Translations under genes and position numbers: made by a program | Shown here: positions 17,874 to 33,087 of the stretch, piece after piece | Numbering within the stretch: position 1 is the first letter of the stretch | How the letters are laid out: each line of letters opens with the position of its first letter | Notes under the pieces: generated by a model | Database searches by the model: none | What the model saw: the letters and a program-made list of their open reading frames with translations, nothing else | Told to the model about the DNA's origin: nothing | From: an uncultured Chloroflexia bacterium | Lineage (GTDB): Bacteria; Chloroflexota; Anaerolineae; Anaerolineales; Anaerolineaceae | Length of the DNA stretch: 64,000 nucleotides | Assembly: GCA_963791025.1 (NCBI GenBank) | Contig: CAWBQF010000001.1 | Location: 569,201-633,200 of the forward strand | Direction of reading: 5' to 3'

Positions 17874-20111
17874 ATGGCTCCCACATCTCCTGCTTTCTCT
17901 TTTCCAACCAAACAACAGCGTCGGGCAGTTTTTCTGTTCGTTGGGACGCTCGTTACAGGCTACCTGGTGTGGCTCGTGCTGGGGAATCCAGAAGATAAAC
18001 TGAGTCAGTTGGTAGGGAATTTGGCGGTCATAACGACGGGGTCGATTACTACCCTCCTGGCTTTGTGGATGCGCCGGCAGGCAAAACACCCTTCGCAGCA
18101 CAACGTGAAAAGGTTGGACATCTGGAGCTGGTTTGCTGCCGGGCTGGCAATCTGGACTCTCGCGGACTTGATGCGCCTGTTCCTGGAAGTGCTGTCACCT
18201 ACCAGCTTGAGTACCTTTGTGCCGCTCAACCTGGTTCTGATCGATGGTTCTATTGCCATGCTGATTGGGTTCATCACCTACCAGCGGCAGCCACGCGAGC
18301 AGGCTGGTAAAGCGCTGGTCCTGATTGATGCCACCATCACGAGTACAGCATTGGTCACGCTCACCTGGTTAGCAATCTTCCAGCCAGCATATCAACTGCT
18401 AGACAATGGACAAGGAAACCTGGCGGTCATCCTGTTTCCTTTTGCAGATCTCCTTCTACTGCTGGCGCTGGTCAACCTTTTTTTGTTAGGCAAAACCAGT
18501 TCGGTACCCAGTTTATGGGGATGGGTGGGGATGGCCCTGGCCTGCTATACCCTTAGCGATCTCGCCTATGCATATTTATTAATTAATGGTCCTTCACAAG
18601 CCAGCCGCGCGATTACCTTTGGATGGTTAGTGGGGGATTTTCTCATGATCACCGCTATTCTCAATTCGGGTAAGGTTACCTTATCTCCCACACGCTGGAC
18701 GGCACTTTCTATTCAAACGCGGACACGAATCCAATCGCTGCTGCCGCTGGCAACCACCATCATCCTTTGTTTGTATTCCATCACTGCATGGCAATTTAAT
18801 CATCAGATCAATCAACTCAGCTTATGGGTCTCGGTAGTGCTCGGCCTGGGATTGATCACCAGGCAGGGGATCTTAACCGGGGAGTATGAGTTTCAGCAAT
18901 ATGCCAGCCTGGTGAACAGCGTTGCAGAGCCCACTTTCGTTTGCGACTCACAAGGCCTGCTGCGGCTGGTTAATCCGGCTTTACTGGCTACCACTGGCTA
19001 TGATCATCCTGATCGCCTTCGAAACTTGCCTATCCAGTTCCTTATGCTCCTGCCTGAAAATACCCCGCAGCTGCTGCACACCGCGATGGAGAATGGATGG
19101 TCAGGGGAAGTACAAATGCGGCGGCTAGATGGCTCACTGATCCCCGTTTCATTGGCGTTACGCCCTGTTCTCCCTGGTGGAGACCGTTCTTTAGCCCTGG
19201 CAGGGACGGCCCATGACCTGAGCGAGCAGAAGCAGCAGCAAGCGGCGCTTCAGTTTGCGTTTGATCAGGCTGCCCGCGCGCAGGCGCAACTGGAACAGTT
19301 GAATACGCAGTTAGAGGAGAAAGTCGCCGAGAAAACTGCCAGCCTGAGTGAAGCGTATGCACAACTAGAAAAGCAGAACCGCGAGCTGCAAAATCTAGAC
19401 CGGATCAAGTCCGACTTTGTTTCACTCGTTTCGCATGAACTACGCGCACCGCTCACCAATATTAACGGGGGAATTGAGCTTGTCTTGGCGCAAGCCAAGC
19501 CCCTCCCACCACGGGTCAATTCTACGCTTAACCTGGTGCAGGCGGAAATCCAGCGTCTGACTCGGTTTGTGGAAACGATTCTCGATCTTTCCGCGCTAGA
19601 TGCGGGGCGTACGCCAATCTACCCAGCCCCTATGCACCTGGACACCATCGTGACACGACTGCAAAACCAAATGATGCATCTGCCAGGCGCAAACCGAGTC
19701 CGCTGGCAGATGCCACCGAACCTGCCCTACTTAATGGCAGATGATCAGGCGTTAACCAGCGTACTTTTCCATCTTTTGGATAATGCTTTAAAATATGCTC
19801 CTACCGGTGAAATTGTGGTCTCGGCTGGGGTGCAAACCAACCGCGCCTGGGTGCAGGTGGCGGACGAGGGGCCGGGCATTCCCGAAGAAATTGTTCCTTA
19901 TATCTTCAGCCGTTTTTACCGATCGAATGCCAGTGATTCACAAACCGTGTATGGGCATGGACTGGGACTTTATATTGTGCGACGCTTGATGCAAGCGATG
20001 CAAGGCGATGTGCAAGTTACCAACCGGCCCGAGAGCGGCGCCTGTTTCACCTGCTGGCTGCCGGTATTAACCTCGAATGAGATGGTAGAGATCGAGAACA
20101 CTATCTCATAA
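17874..20111 (+). CDS. multi-pass membrane sensor histidine kinase with PAS-like domain
   Basis: About 8 or more hydrophobic helices, a PAS-like segment, a coiled coil, the H-box SHELRAPLT, and N/G boxes LLDNALKY, DEGPGI, GHGLGL. Confidence 0.85.
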   Translation: MAPTSPAFSFPTKQQRRAVFLFVGTLVTGYLVWLVLGNPEDKLSQLVGNLAVITTGSITTLLALWMRRQAKHPSQHNVKRLDIWSWFAAGLAIWTLADLMRLFLEVLSPTSLSTFVPLNLVLIDGSIAMLIGFITYQRQPREQAGKALVLIDATITSTALVTLTWLAIFQPAYQLLDNGQGNLAVILFPFADLLLLLALVNLFLLGKTSSVPSLWGWVGMALACYTLSDLAYAYLLINGPSQASRAITFGWLVGDFLMITAILNSGKVTLSPTRWTALSIQTRTRIQSLLPLATTIILCLYSITAWQFNHQINQLSLWVSVVLGLGLITRQGILTGEYEFQQYASLVNSVAEPTFVCDSQGLLRLVNPALLATTGYDHPDRLRNLPIQFLMLLPENTPQLLHTAMENGWSGEVQMRRLDGSLIPVSLALRPVLPGGDRSLALAGTAHDLSEQKQQQAALQFAFDQAARAQAQLEQLNTQLEEKVAEKTASLSEAYAQLEKQNRELQNLDRIKSDFVSLVSHELRAPLTNINGGIELVLAQAKPLPPRVNSTLNLVQAEIQRLTRFVETILDLSALDAGRTPIYPAPMHLDTIVTRLQNQMMHLPGANRVRWQMPPNLPYLMADDQALTSVLFHLLDNALKYAPTGEIVVSAGVQTNRAWVQVADEGPGIPEEIVPYIFSRFYRSNASDSQTVYGHGLGLYIVRRLMQAMQGDVQVTNRPESGACFTCWLPVLTSNEMVEIENTIS

Positions 20112-20180
20112 AGAGTATCTGCGTTTATTGATAGATGGAATCAACCTGGATGAAGAATCAAAACTTAGAACGGGAAGCCC

Positions 20181-20897
20181 ATGACTTATAAAATCTTGCT
20201 GGTCGATGATGATCCAACACTTCTACGCTTTCTATCTGATTACCTGGGCGGGGAGTCTTTTCACGTCCTACCGGCGAATAATGGGCCGGAGGGGCTGAGA
20301 GTGGCCTATCGGGAACACCCAGATCTGGTAGTGCTGGATGTGATGATGCCGGTAATGGATGGGTGGGAAGTCTGCGCGCGCTTGCGCGAACTTTCGGATG
20401 TGCCCATCATCCTCCTGACTGCGAAGTCTTCCGAAGCCGACAAACTGCGTGGTTTCCGGCTGGGGATTGATGATTATATGACCAAGCCTTTCAGCTTCGC
20501 AGAACTGGCTGCCCGCGTAAACGCAGTGTTGACTCGTGCTAACCGTCCACAACCCGGGGAACGGGACTTGATTCTGATTGGCGATATTGTGCTGGATGCC
20601 GACAAACGCGAAGTACGCAGGGGAGAAGAAATCATCGCACTGACACCCACTGAGTACCGTTTGCTAGAGTACCTGGGGCGCAACCAGGGAAGGGCCATCG
20701 CCGAAGCAGAGTTGATCCAGGAAGTATGGGGAAATTATCGCCAGGAAGATACAGTGGCGGTACGGCGCTACATTTGGCTGCTGCGCCAGAAGGTAGAAGT
20801 CGACCCAACCAACCCCCGCCTGATCCTCACAGTACGCGGTTTTGGCTATCGTTTAGGCACAGGGACCGGGTCGCTAAAACCATCCGAACCGGAATAA
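20181..20897 (+). CDS. OmpR-family response regulator
   Basis: Receiver domain (LLVDDD, LDVMMP, LTAK) plus winged-helix output (TPTEYRLLEYL, RGFGYRL). Confidence 0.9.
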   Translation: MTYKILLVDDDPTLLRFLSDYLGGESFHVLPANNGPEGLRVAYREHPDLVVLDVMMPVMDGWEVCARLRELSDVPIILLTAKSSEADKLRGFRLGIDDYMTKPFSFAELAARVNAVLTRANRPQPGERDLILIGDIVLDADKREVRRGEEIIALTPTEYRLLEYLGRNQGRAIAEAELIQEVWGNYRQEDTVAVRRYIWLLRQKVEVDPTNPRLILTVRGFGYRLGTGTGSLKPSEPE

Positions 20898-21177
20898 AAG
20901 CGTATATTTCTATCTTGGGGTCAATATCCCATAAATGAAATGCAGCCTGAAATCAAATACACGGTTGACAGCAAACCGTAAACCGTTTACATTTGTCGAT
21001 GGTACATCGTCAGGGACAAAGACGCTCGGGCAAACGATATTTGATCTACCGTTTGCGGGGATGCGGAATAATCGATCAAGAATGGAAGACTGCTTTTATT
21101 ATTTCTTTTGATCATACCTATGCTCAAGTGACGTCCTGGCTGCCTACCCATCCTACACTGCAGCGTCAGGGAGAGTT

Positions 21178-22209
21178 ATGGAACTTCAACTTTATCAATC
21201 GTTTCCACCCGAGTTAGAATCGGAATGGAATACACTGCTGGCGGAAAGTATTAATCACGTTCCCTTTTTGAGGTATGAGTACCTCTCCCGCTGGTGGCAA
21301 ACCCGCGGCGGCGGAGAATGGCCTGAAGAGTCGCGGCTTGTGCTGGTGACTGCTCGCGAAGGCGAAAAGCTGGTGGGCATTGCGCCGCTGTTTTACGTTC
21401 CAGAATGGCAGGGAAAACCCAGCCTGATGTTGGTAGGGAGCATTGAGGTTTCCGATTACCTGGACCTGATTGCCACACCAGAATCTCTACCAGCATTTGT
21501 CGATGCGCTGCTGCCTTTCCTAAAATCCAAAGAAACCGGGCTGCCGCAGTGGGAACGATTGGATCTGTACAACCTGCTTGATTCCTCCCCCACCTTACAG
21601 GTTTTGGAATCATTGAGCAAAAAATATCAGTGGGAATATCAAGCAGAGCAGCTACAGCACTCTCCTTATATTCCACTACCCGGAAATTGGGATGAATATC
21701 TCGCCAGCATTGACAAGAAGCAGCGTCATGAAATTCGCCGCAAAATGCGCCGCGCGTATGGGGGTGCAGCCGAAGTGCGCTGGTATTTCGTTACACAGGC
21801 TGACACACTGGATGAGGAAATTGAGGCTTTCATGGGGCTAATGGCTCAGGATGCGGATAAAGAACGCTTCCTGACGCCTGCCATGCGCGATCATATGCGC
21901 CTGACGATACGCTGCGCCTTTGAAGAAGGTTGTTTGAATCTGGCCTTTTTGGAAGTGGATGGACACAAAGCGGCAGGCTACCTGAGCTTTGACTATCTCA
22001 ACCGGCTGTGGGTATACAACTCAGGCATCGACTGGGACTTTAACGATTATTCTCCTGGTTGGGTTCTGCTGGGCGAACTGCTCCAGTGGGCAAATGAGAA
22101 TCAGCGTGAAGCTTTTGACTTCATGCGCGGCGACGAAGATTACAAGTACCGTTTTGGCGGCGTTGACCGGTTTGTCCTGCGCGCCAAACTACAACCGCCC
22201 CAGGCATAG
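21178..22209 (+). CDS. GNAT-fold acyltransferase of the CelD/BioF2-like type
   Basis: 343 aa. The overall pattern (WNTLL...PFLRYEYL, C-terminal FDFMRGDEDYKYRFG) is typical of that family. Family assignment is from memory only. Confidence 0.6.
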   Translation: MELQLYQSFPPELESEWNTLLAESINHVPFLRYEYLSRWWQTRGGGEWPEESRLVLVTAREGEKLVGIAPLFYVPEWQGKPSLMLVGSIEVSDYLDLIATPESLPAFVDALLPFLKSKETGLPQWERLDLYNLLDSSPTLQVLESLSKKYQWEYQAEQLQHSPYIPLPGNWDEYLASIDKKQRHEIRRKMRRAYGGAAEVRWYFVTQADTLDEEIEAFMGLMAQDADKERFLTPAMRDHMRLTIRCAFEEGCLNLAFLEVDGHKAAGYLSFDYLNRLWVYNSGIDWDFNDYSPGWVLLGELLQWANENQREAFDFMRGDEDYKYRFGGVDRFVLRAKLQPPQA

Positions 22210-22255
22210 TTTCTACTGATCATTCCACACGACTTCGATCTGGAGTTACTCCTTC

Positions 22256-23629
22256 ATGTCACTCAATCTTTTCGACACCTACTCTCGCACGGTACGAGAA
22301 TTCAAACCTCTGAAGGCAGAGGAAGTTGGTCTCTATACCTGCGGGCCGACCGTCTACAACTATGCGCATATTGGCAATCTACGAACCTACGTTTTTGAGG
22401 ATCTTCTGCGGCGGGTGCTTGCGTTTAATGGCTATCACGTGAAGCACGTCATGAACATCACTGATGTAGGGCATCTGGTATCGGATGCGGATACAGGCGA
22501 AGACAAGATGGAAAAAGGCTCGCGCCAGACTGGCAAAAGCGCCTGGGAAATCGCCGAGTTCTATACACAGGCTTTCCGCCAGGATCTTGCGCGGCTCAAT
22601 ATCGAAGAACCAACGATCTGGTGCAAGGCTACAGATCACATCGCTGAACAAATTGCATTTGTGCAGCACATTGAAGAAGAGAGCTTCACCTACCGCACCT
22701 CGGACGGAATCTACTTCGACACCTCCAAACTACCTGATTATGGCATTATGGCTCGCCTGGATATTGAAGGACTGGAAGCCGGAGCGCGCATCGACATTGG
22801 TGAAAAGCGTAACCCAATCGACTTTGCCTTGTGGAAGTTCAGTTCTCCAGATCAGCAGCGCCAGATGGAATGGGACAGCCCGTGGGGAACGGGATTTCCG
22901 GGCTGGCATATTGAGTGCTCGGCTATGTCAGCTAAGTACCTGGGCTCTTTCTTTGATATTCACTGCGGCGGCGAGGATCACATTCCTGTTCATCATACCA
23001 ACGAGATCGCGCAAACAGAAGCTTGCTACGGCACTCGCCTGGCGAATTTCTGGGTTCACGGCTACTTTTTGCAGATCGACAGCACCAAGATGTCAAAATC
23101 CTCGGGAGAATTTTTGCGCTTGCAAACCCTGATCGATAAAGGATACGATCCGCTCGCCTATCGCTTCTTCTGCCTCAGCGCCAACTACCGCGCCAAGCTC
23201 AACTTTAATTGGGAAGGATTGGACGGGGCAGCAAAAGCGCTAGATCGCCTGCGGATGGCGGCCTATGAACTGGGTACTCCTGGCGGAGTGGATGAAAATT
23301 TCATGGATCGTTTCTGCATTGATGTTAATGATGATCTCAACCTGCCGCGAGCGGTGGCTTTAACCTGGGATCTATTGAAAAGTGATCTGCCTGCAGCGGT
23401 AAAAAAGGGCACCCTGCTCGAGTTTGACCGGGTGCTGGGGTTGAGGTTGGCAGACTGGCAGCCGCACGAGGAGGAAATCCCGGCAGCGTTTGTGGCACTG
23501 CTGGAAGCACGCCAACAGGCCCGCAAAGAGAAGCGCTGGAAAGACGCCGACACGATTCGTGATCAGATTACTGCTGAAGGGTATGAAGTAATCGATACCC
23601 CACAAGGGACGAAACTCAAGAAGAAATAA
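22256..23629 (+). CDS. cysS: cysteine--tRNA ligase
   Basis: Class I motifs HIGN (YAHIGNLRTY) and KMSKS, with CysRS-typical WPGWHIECS. Confidence 0.95.
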   Translation: MSLNLFDTYSRTVREFKPLKAEEVGLYTCGPTVYNYAHIGNLRTYVFEDLLRRVLAFNGYHVKHVMNITDVGHLVSDADTGEDKMEKGSRQTGKSAWEIAEFYTQAFRQDLARLNIEEPTIWCKATDHIAEQIAFVQHIEEESFTYRTSDGIYFDTSKLPDYGIMARLDIEGLEAGARIDIGEKRNPIDFALWKFSSPDQQRQMEWDSPWGTGFPGWHIECSAMSAKYLGSFFDIHCGGEDHIPVHHTNEIAQTEACYGTRLANFWVHGYFLQIDSTKMSKSSGEFLRLQTLIDKGYDPLAYRFFCLSANYRAKLNFNWEGLDGAAKALDRLRMAAYELGTPGGVDENFMDRFCIDVNDDLNLPRAVALTWDLLKSDLPAAVKKGTLLEFDRVLGLRLADWQPHEEEIPAAFVALLEARQQARKEKRWKDADTIRDQITAEGYEVIDTPQGTKLKKK

Positions 23630-23691
23630 ATGATTTTTCAGGACGTTTGGCCGGTTTCTTGATCTGCCAGACGTCCTTCATAAACCTGACC

Positions 23692-24942
23692 ATGCCAACT
23701 AAACTTAAACCTGCCCTCCCCTTACCCGACCCTCTGCGCGGGATTGAAGTTCCATCGTTTACTAACTACTCGATCGTTGTGCGTCTCCCGGAGATCGCCC
23801 AACGAACACTGGCAGAAAATGATTTCCCAGCAGAGGTCGTGACACAGATCAAGACCCTCATCACGGAAATACCAGACGGGAAAATACGTCCCGTTCATGT
23901 TCCACTTGCGCCAGATGCAGCCCGTTGGGAAGCCTATATTGCGCCTCATCTGGGGCAAAACTGGCTGGAAGTTCCCTGGTTTTTTGCAGAAGAGTATTTC
24001 TACGAACGGATGCTAGAAGCCTGTGGGTACTTTCAACCAGGGCCACGGCAGGGAATGGATCCTTACGCCCGACAAAAACGATTGGGGCTCGAGACGACGC
24101 GGGGAGAAATCCATACGCTCTGTGAACATGTGGCCGAGATTCTACAAGCCTCCCTGGCAAAAGCTGACCTGCGAAAGGCACTCGATCAACTGCTCGTAGT
24201 TAACTTGTGGGGCAACCAGAAAGATCTTAGCCTATGGCCTGCCAGCGAAGCAGGTGATTCAAAAGAAGCAGCCGGGAGTTCTTCTCGAGCAGAATTGAAC
24301 GCGGCGCGCGAACACCTGCTGATCGATGCCACGCCTCAAGTGCTGAGATACCTGGACCGACTGCGCAGTGAAGCTTCTTCGTTTGACTTCCTTATCGACA
24401 ATGCCGGGTATGAATTGGTGGCTGACCTGGCGCTGGCTGATGTCGTTCTTTCCAGTCAGCTGGCAGCGGAAGTCTTCTTCCACGTCAAAGTGCAGCCTGT
24501 GTTTGTATCTGACGCAATGGAAAAAGATGTGCTGGATACCCTGGATTTTCTATCACGAGAAGAACACGCTGAAGCACAGGCGCTGGCAAAGCGCATGCGC
24601 GAGCATCACGAACAGGGGCGTTTTCACCTGCGCGCCGATCCATTTTGGACCTCCCCTTTAGCGATGTGGGAAATGCCGGATCCACTATATAATGAACTGT
24701 CAGGAACGAACCTGCTGATCAGCAAAGGCGACGCAAACTACCGGCGACTGTTAGGGGACCGACACTGGTCGTTAGATGCCTCCTTCGAACGCATCCTGTC
24801 TTACCTACCTTTTCCTGTTCTGTCGCTGCGAACCTGTAAGTCAGAAATTGCGGTAGGGCTAAACCCACTAGATGTGCCACAAAGCGATCCAGACTGGTTG
24901 ATCGACGGGCGGTGGGGATTAATTCAATTTTCGCCAGAATAA
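23692..24942 (+). CDS. DUF89 / ARMT1-like damage-control phosphatase family protein
   Basis: Motifs DNAGYELVADL and ISKGDANYRRL. ATG 23692 sits inside the ORF that opens at TTG 23647. Confidence 0.7.
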   Translation: MPTKLKPALPLPDPLRGIEVPSFTNYSIVVRLPEIAQRTLAENDFPAEVVTQIKTLITEIPDGKIRPVHVPLAPDAARWEAYIAPHLGQNWLEVPWFFAEEYFYERMLEACGYFQPGPRQGMDPYARQKRLGLETTRGEIHTLCEHVAEILQASLAKADLRKALDQLLVVNLWGNQKDLSLWPASEAGDSKEAAGSSSRAELNAAREHLLIDATPQVLRYLDRLRSEASSFDFLIDNAGYELVADLALADVVLSSQLAAEVFFHVKVQPVFVSDAMEKDVLDTLDFLSREEHAEAQALAKRMREHHEQGRFHLRADPFWTSPLAMWEMPDPLYNELSGTNLLISKGDANYRRLLGDRHWSLDASFERILSYLPFPVLSLRTCKSEIAVGLNPLDVPQSDPDWLIDGRWGLIQFSPE

Positions 24943-25002
24943 AGTAAGGACGTTAAATCGCCAAGAATAGGCGATTCTCGATAAAAAGGGTATAATTGCC
25001 GC

Positions 25003-25665
25003 GTGCAAACCATAAAAACGCTATATCTTTGTTTGCTTGCGCTGTTGTTTCTTCCTGTGCCCTCAAGGGCTTATGCCCAAATGATCAGCGCAGTTGACCT
25101 GAAGCAAGAGGTCAAAATTTATCATCCAGTCAGAAGCGGGTCTGTAAAGGGTGACGATAGATCGGGTGTATCCTCTGGCAGCAACTCTGCACTGGTGGCG
25201 CCGAACTATGTGCAAACTTCCACGCCTAACGAGAACGGTTCGGTCACACATGTGGTTCAGTATGGCGAAACCCTGATCGATATCGCCCAGGCTTACGGCA
25301 TTACGATTTAAGAGCTTTACGATCACAACCCCGATATCGATCCACAAAAGCCGGTTTACTATGAGGGCCAAGTCGTTATTATCCAGTCGGCCTTCACCCC
25401 TACCCCTGTCGTGACCGAGACCAACACACCTCGTCCTCCAACACGGACTCCGTTACCGACTCGGACGCCCCGTCCAACCCGGACCGCTACCCCTGCCCTC
25501 TCTGCTACACTGACGAGCACCAGCACGACCGAGCCATTGATAAAGATTCCAACTATTGACGACCTGGGACCTAACCGCCCTATCGTGGCTTATGCTTTTA
25601 TTGGGATCAGCGCGATCGGACTGATCGTACTCCTTATCACGACTTTTATTCCGAAAAAGGGATAA
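25003..25665 (+). pseudogene. secreted LysM-domain protein with Pro/Thr linker and C-terminal TM helix, interrupted by an in-frame TAA
   Basis: ORFs 25003..25311 and 25411..25665 are in the same frame, with no other stop between them. TAA 25309-25311 falls inside the LysM motif (HVVQYGETLIDIAQAYGITI*ELYDHNPDID...GQVVIIQ). Confidence 0.7.
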
Positions 25666-25738
25666 ACGGCTGGCAGGAAGCTGGTCGGGCGAGGTTTTTG
25701 TGCCTTCCAGACTTCTGGATTGAATATTGCGCAAACCC

Positions 25739-25767
25739 TTGACAAAGGGGGGTAGGGCAGGTAGAAT
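25739..25767 (+). promoter_or_regulatory. rRNA operon promoter P1 (sigma-70 type)
   Basis: TTGACA (25739-25744), 17-nt spacer, TAGAAT (25762-25767). Confidence 0.7.
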
Positions 25768-25843
25768 TGCGTCTCGTTGCCCGAAAGAGATCGTGACCGG
25801 AAACAACCGGTTGGCAGTCTCCAAAACAAAATCAAGGTGACCC

Positions 25844-25871
25844 TTGACAAAAGCGAGAAAGGATGTATAAT
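25844..25871 (+). promoter_or_regulatory. rRNA operon promoter P2 (sigma-70 type)
   Basis: TTGACA (25844-25849), 16-nt spacer, TATAAT (25866-25871). Confidence 0.7.
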
Positions 25872-26127
25872 CCTGAACCTCGCGATGAACGAGAGACTGC
25901 GCTCTGACGGGCGCAATCGATAACAAACGAAATGGCGCAAGAACGTCGGGAAGACGGAAAGCCGATGCCAGGAAGAGCAAGACGGGAGGCATCGGATTTT
26001 TTGTCGCTCAGGACGGAAATGCGAGCACCTTAACAACTGAAGAGTGATAGGAAGACGAAAACCTGTTGTTCGTTTGAGTAAATTTTGAAATAATCATTTG
26101 CTACGGCAAGTGAGAAACAAACTCTTT

Positions 26128-27622
<1,495 letters not shown>

Positions 27623-27967
27623 TAGGGAGAACCGCGAGCCACTGCTTCGGCAGGGGTTCCAACTCCTTGGGCGAACGCAAGTTTGCCAAACCTTGAAAAT
27701 CCTCGTCAGCGGTGATGAGGTCTCTTAGGAGCAACAGCTAGAGCTGGTCTCTGGCGTTTTCCTGTCACTCTTCAGTTGTTAAGGGTGCTGCGTAAGCAGC
27801 AGACCTTAACCTGACTGAACCTTAACAATCACATAGTGTGTATGGCGCATCGAAAACAGTCATGATGGGTACTGGTGGTAACGGTGTTATCACGAGTATC
27901 GATCGAGAAGATTGAATAGATAAGAAGAAGAAGCAAGATGAAAGAGAATTGAATTCTCTGCATCACG

Positions 27968-30940
<2,973 letters not shown>

Positions 30941-31024
30941 TGGTGTGGAGAATTCAATTCTTTTTCCAACCCTCAAATGCGTCAAACACACTGATTGTGA
31001 TCCCATAAAACAGTAGATGAAAGT

Positions 31025-31144
31025 CTTTTGGTGATTGGAGCGACGGTGGTACACCCGGTTACATCCCGAACCCGGTCGTTAAGGCCGTCAGCGCCGATGG
31101 TACTTGGGGGGCGACCCCCTGGGAGAGTAGGTCGTTGCCAAAAG
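31025..31144 (+). rRNA. rrf: 5S ribosomal RNA
   Basis: About 120 nt. Helix I pairs cttttggtg with tgccaaaag. Internal ccgaacccgg and gggagagtaggtcg motifs. Confidence 0.9.
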
Positions 31145-31190
31145 ACTTTTTTCGTTTAACCGACACATTCGTTGTCAGGCAAGTTAATCT

Positions 31191-31227
31191 CGTGGGCTGT
31201 GATTCTGTTGAAGAATCACAGCCCACG
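31191..31227. terminator. terminator after the rRNA operon, shared with the convergent glucosidase gene
   Basis: 16-bp stem cgtgggctgtgattct / agaatcacagcccacg with a 5-nt loop, followed by atttgatt. Confidence 0.7.
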
Positions 31228-31239
31228 ATTTGATTCTCG

Positions 31240-32862
31240 CTACTGCCTCAAACGGATTAGCAGCCCCTGGTTTGCATCCACGGTCAATCCGCCAATAAAG
31301 GCCAAATCACCAGAACGCATCATGTCGGTGGCAAGAACAATCTCACCGCCTTCCGCAACCCCCTGTAATTCAACCCTTTGATCCAGATCCGTCAGGTTGA
31401 GCAAAACCAGGAAAGAATCGGAGCCTGGGTACTCACGAAGATATGCCAGAACATCTGAGTCGGCATTAGTGGAGATGATTCGAAAGTCACCAATGTTCAA
31501 AGCTGGCTCGCTGCGACGCAGCCAGGTCAGTGCTGTGAAGAGGTTCAACATCGAATAGGGGTCCGCTTCCTCAGCAGCAACATTATGTTGGCTGTAGTCT
31601 TCAGCCACCGGCAGCCAAGTCTTCACCCCAGGAGCGCTAAAACCAGCATTGGGAGCAACATTCCACTGCATGGGTGTTCGCACAGGATCACGCCCGACGA
31701 TATGGGCAATCTCAGGTTGGTTGACAGCAGGAGGATCCTTCACCATTTCGGCGGGGATCGGAATATTCCTCATCCCAATCTCATCACCATAGTAAACCGT
31801 CGGGGTACCATGCAGTGTCAGCAGCAGCATGTGCGCTACACGGGCCTGAGCCAGCCCTACCCTTGAAGCGATGCGGTGCTCATCGTGATTGCCCAAAACC
31901 CAGTTCGGCCAGGCGTTTTCAGGCAAGAGGTCGATATAATTCAAAATCCGCTGGCGTACTGTGTCCGCATCCCAGGGAACGTTAATGAAACCGAAGTTAA
32001 ACGGCAGATGGCATTCATCCTGATCTTCGCCGTAATACTTCACCAGCTCTTGTGTCGATACAGCCCAAATCTCTCCTACCATCACCCGGTCATTATATTC
32101 ATCCATTACCTGACGCATCTTTTGAATGATCTTGTGAACTTCAGGTTGATTATTGGAATAGATGTGCTGAAGGCGATGGTACGGCTGCACTCCATCCCAA
32201 TTGGGATTTTCCGGTTCATCCAAAAACTGACTATTTTTGACCATAGCCGTGATCACATCTACCCGGAAGCCATCCACCCCACGATCCAACCAAAAGCGCA
32301 TCACATCCAGCATGGCCTGTAACACTTTCGGATTGTTGTAATTCAGATCGGGCTGCTGCTTGACAAATGTATGGAGATAATACTGTCCGGTGGGCTCATC
32401 CCACTCCCAGGCAGATCCCCCGAAACTGCTCAACCAGTTGTTGGGTGGGCCGCCGTTCGGATGAGGGTCACGCCAGATGTACCAATCACGCCTGGGGTTG
32501 TCACGGCTGCTGCGGCTCTCAATAAACCAGGGATGCTCATTTGAGGTATGGTTAGGAACCAGATCAAGCAAAACTTTTAACCCCAGTTCGTGCGCCCTGG
32601 TAAGCATCAGATCAAAGTCTTCCATGTTTCCAAAGATTGGATGAATATCTGTGTAATCTGCCACGTCGTAACCAAAGTCGTGCATCGGGGAAGGATTTAC
32701 CGGTGAAATCCAGACTGCATCAACATGGAGACTTTTGACATAATCGAGCCGCTGCGTGATCCCCCTCAAATCTCCAATGCCATCCCCATTACTATCCTGA
32801 AATGAGCGGGGATAGATTTGATAAATAACCCCCTTCTTCCACCAGGAAAATTTGGATTCCAT
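31240..32862 (-). CDS. GH13 alpha-glucosidase / oligo-1,6-glucosidase-type enzyme
   Basis: QIYPRSFQDSNGDGIGDL, GVDGFRVDV, GEIW and NHDEHR motifs. AGGAGG SD lies before ATG 32862, although the ORF opens at 32892. Confidence 0.85.
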   Translation of the reverse strand: MESKFSWWKKGVIYQIYPRSFQDSNGDGIGDLRGITQRLDYVKSLHVDAVWISPVNPSPMHDFGYDVADYTDIHPIFGNMEDFDLMLTRAHELGLKVLLDLVPNHTSNEHPWFIESRSSRDNPRRDWYIWRDPHPNGGPPNNWLSSFGGSAWEWDEPTGQYYLHTFVKQQPDLNYNNPKVLQAMLDVMRFWLDRGVDGFRVDVITAMVKNSQFLDEPENPNWDGVQPYHRLQHIYSNNQPEVHKIIQKMRQVMDEYNDRVMVGEIWAVSTQELVKYYGEDQDECHLPFNFGFINVPWDADTVRQRILNYIDLLPENAWPNWVLGNHDEHRIASRVGLAQARVAHMLLLTLHGTPTVYYGDEIGMRNIPIPAEMVKDPPAVNQPEIAHIVGRDPVRTPMQWNVAPNAGFSAPGVKTWLPVAEDYSQHNVAAEEADPYSMLNLFTALTWLRRSEPALNIGDFRIISTNADSDVLAYLREYPGSDSFLVLLNLTDLDQRVELQGVAEGGEIVLATDMMRSGDLAFIGGLTVDANQGLLIRLRQ

Positions 32863-33087
32863 TTTCCTCCTCATTCTAAATTCAATACGCAAACCTTGTT
32901 GATTTGACCAAAGAACCCCCTATCAATCCTGATGAAGTGATCCATGTGATGACAGCGATGGCCCCCACCCTATCGTATGAATCAGATCAACTTTTAATAT
33001 ATCATGTTTAAGATCTCTAAATTGAATTGAAGGGGATTCGTTTTTGTTTTGATCGGGAAGAAGTGGGACGCACAGACACGTTAAATG

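Noticed and set aside
27623-27967. Search for tRNA-Ile/tRNA-Ala genes in the 16S-23S spacer, and for tRNAs elsewhere in the window.
   Set aside because: No cloverleaf-compatible sequence, T-loop (GTTCGAATC-like) or acceptor pairing was found by eye. A covariance scan would be decisive.
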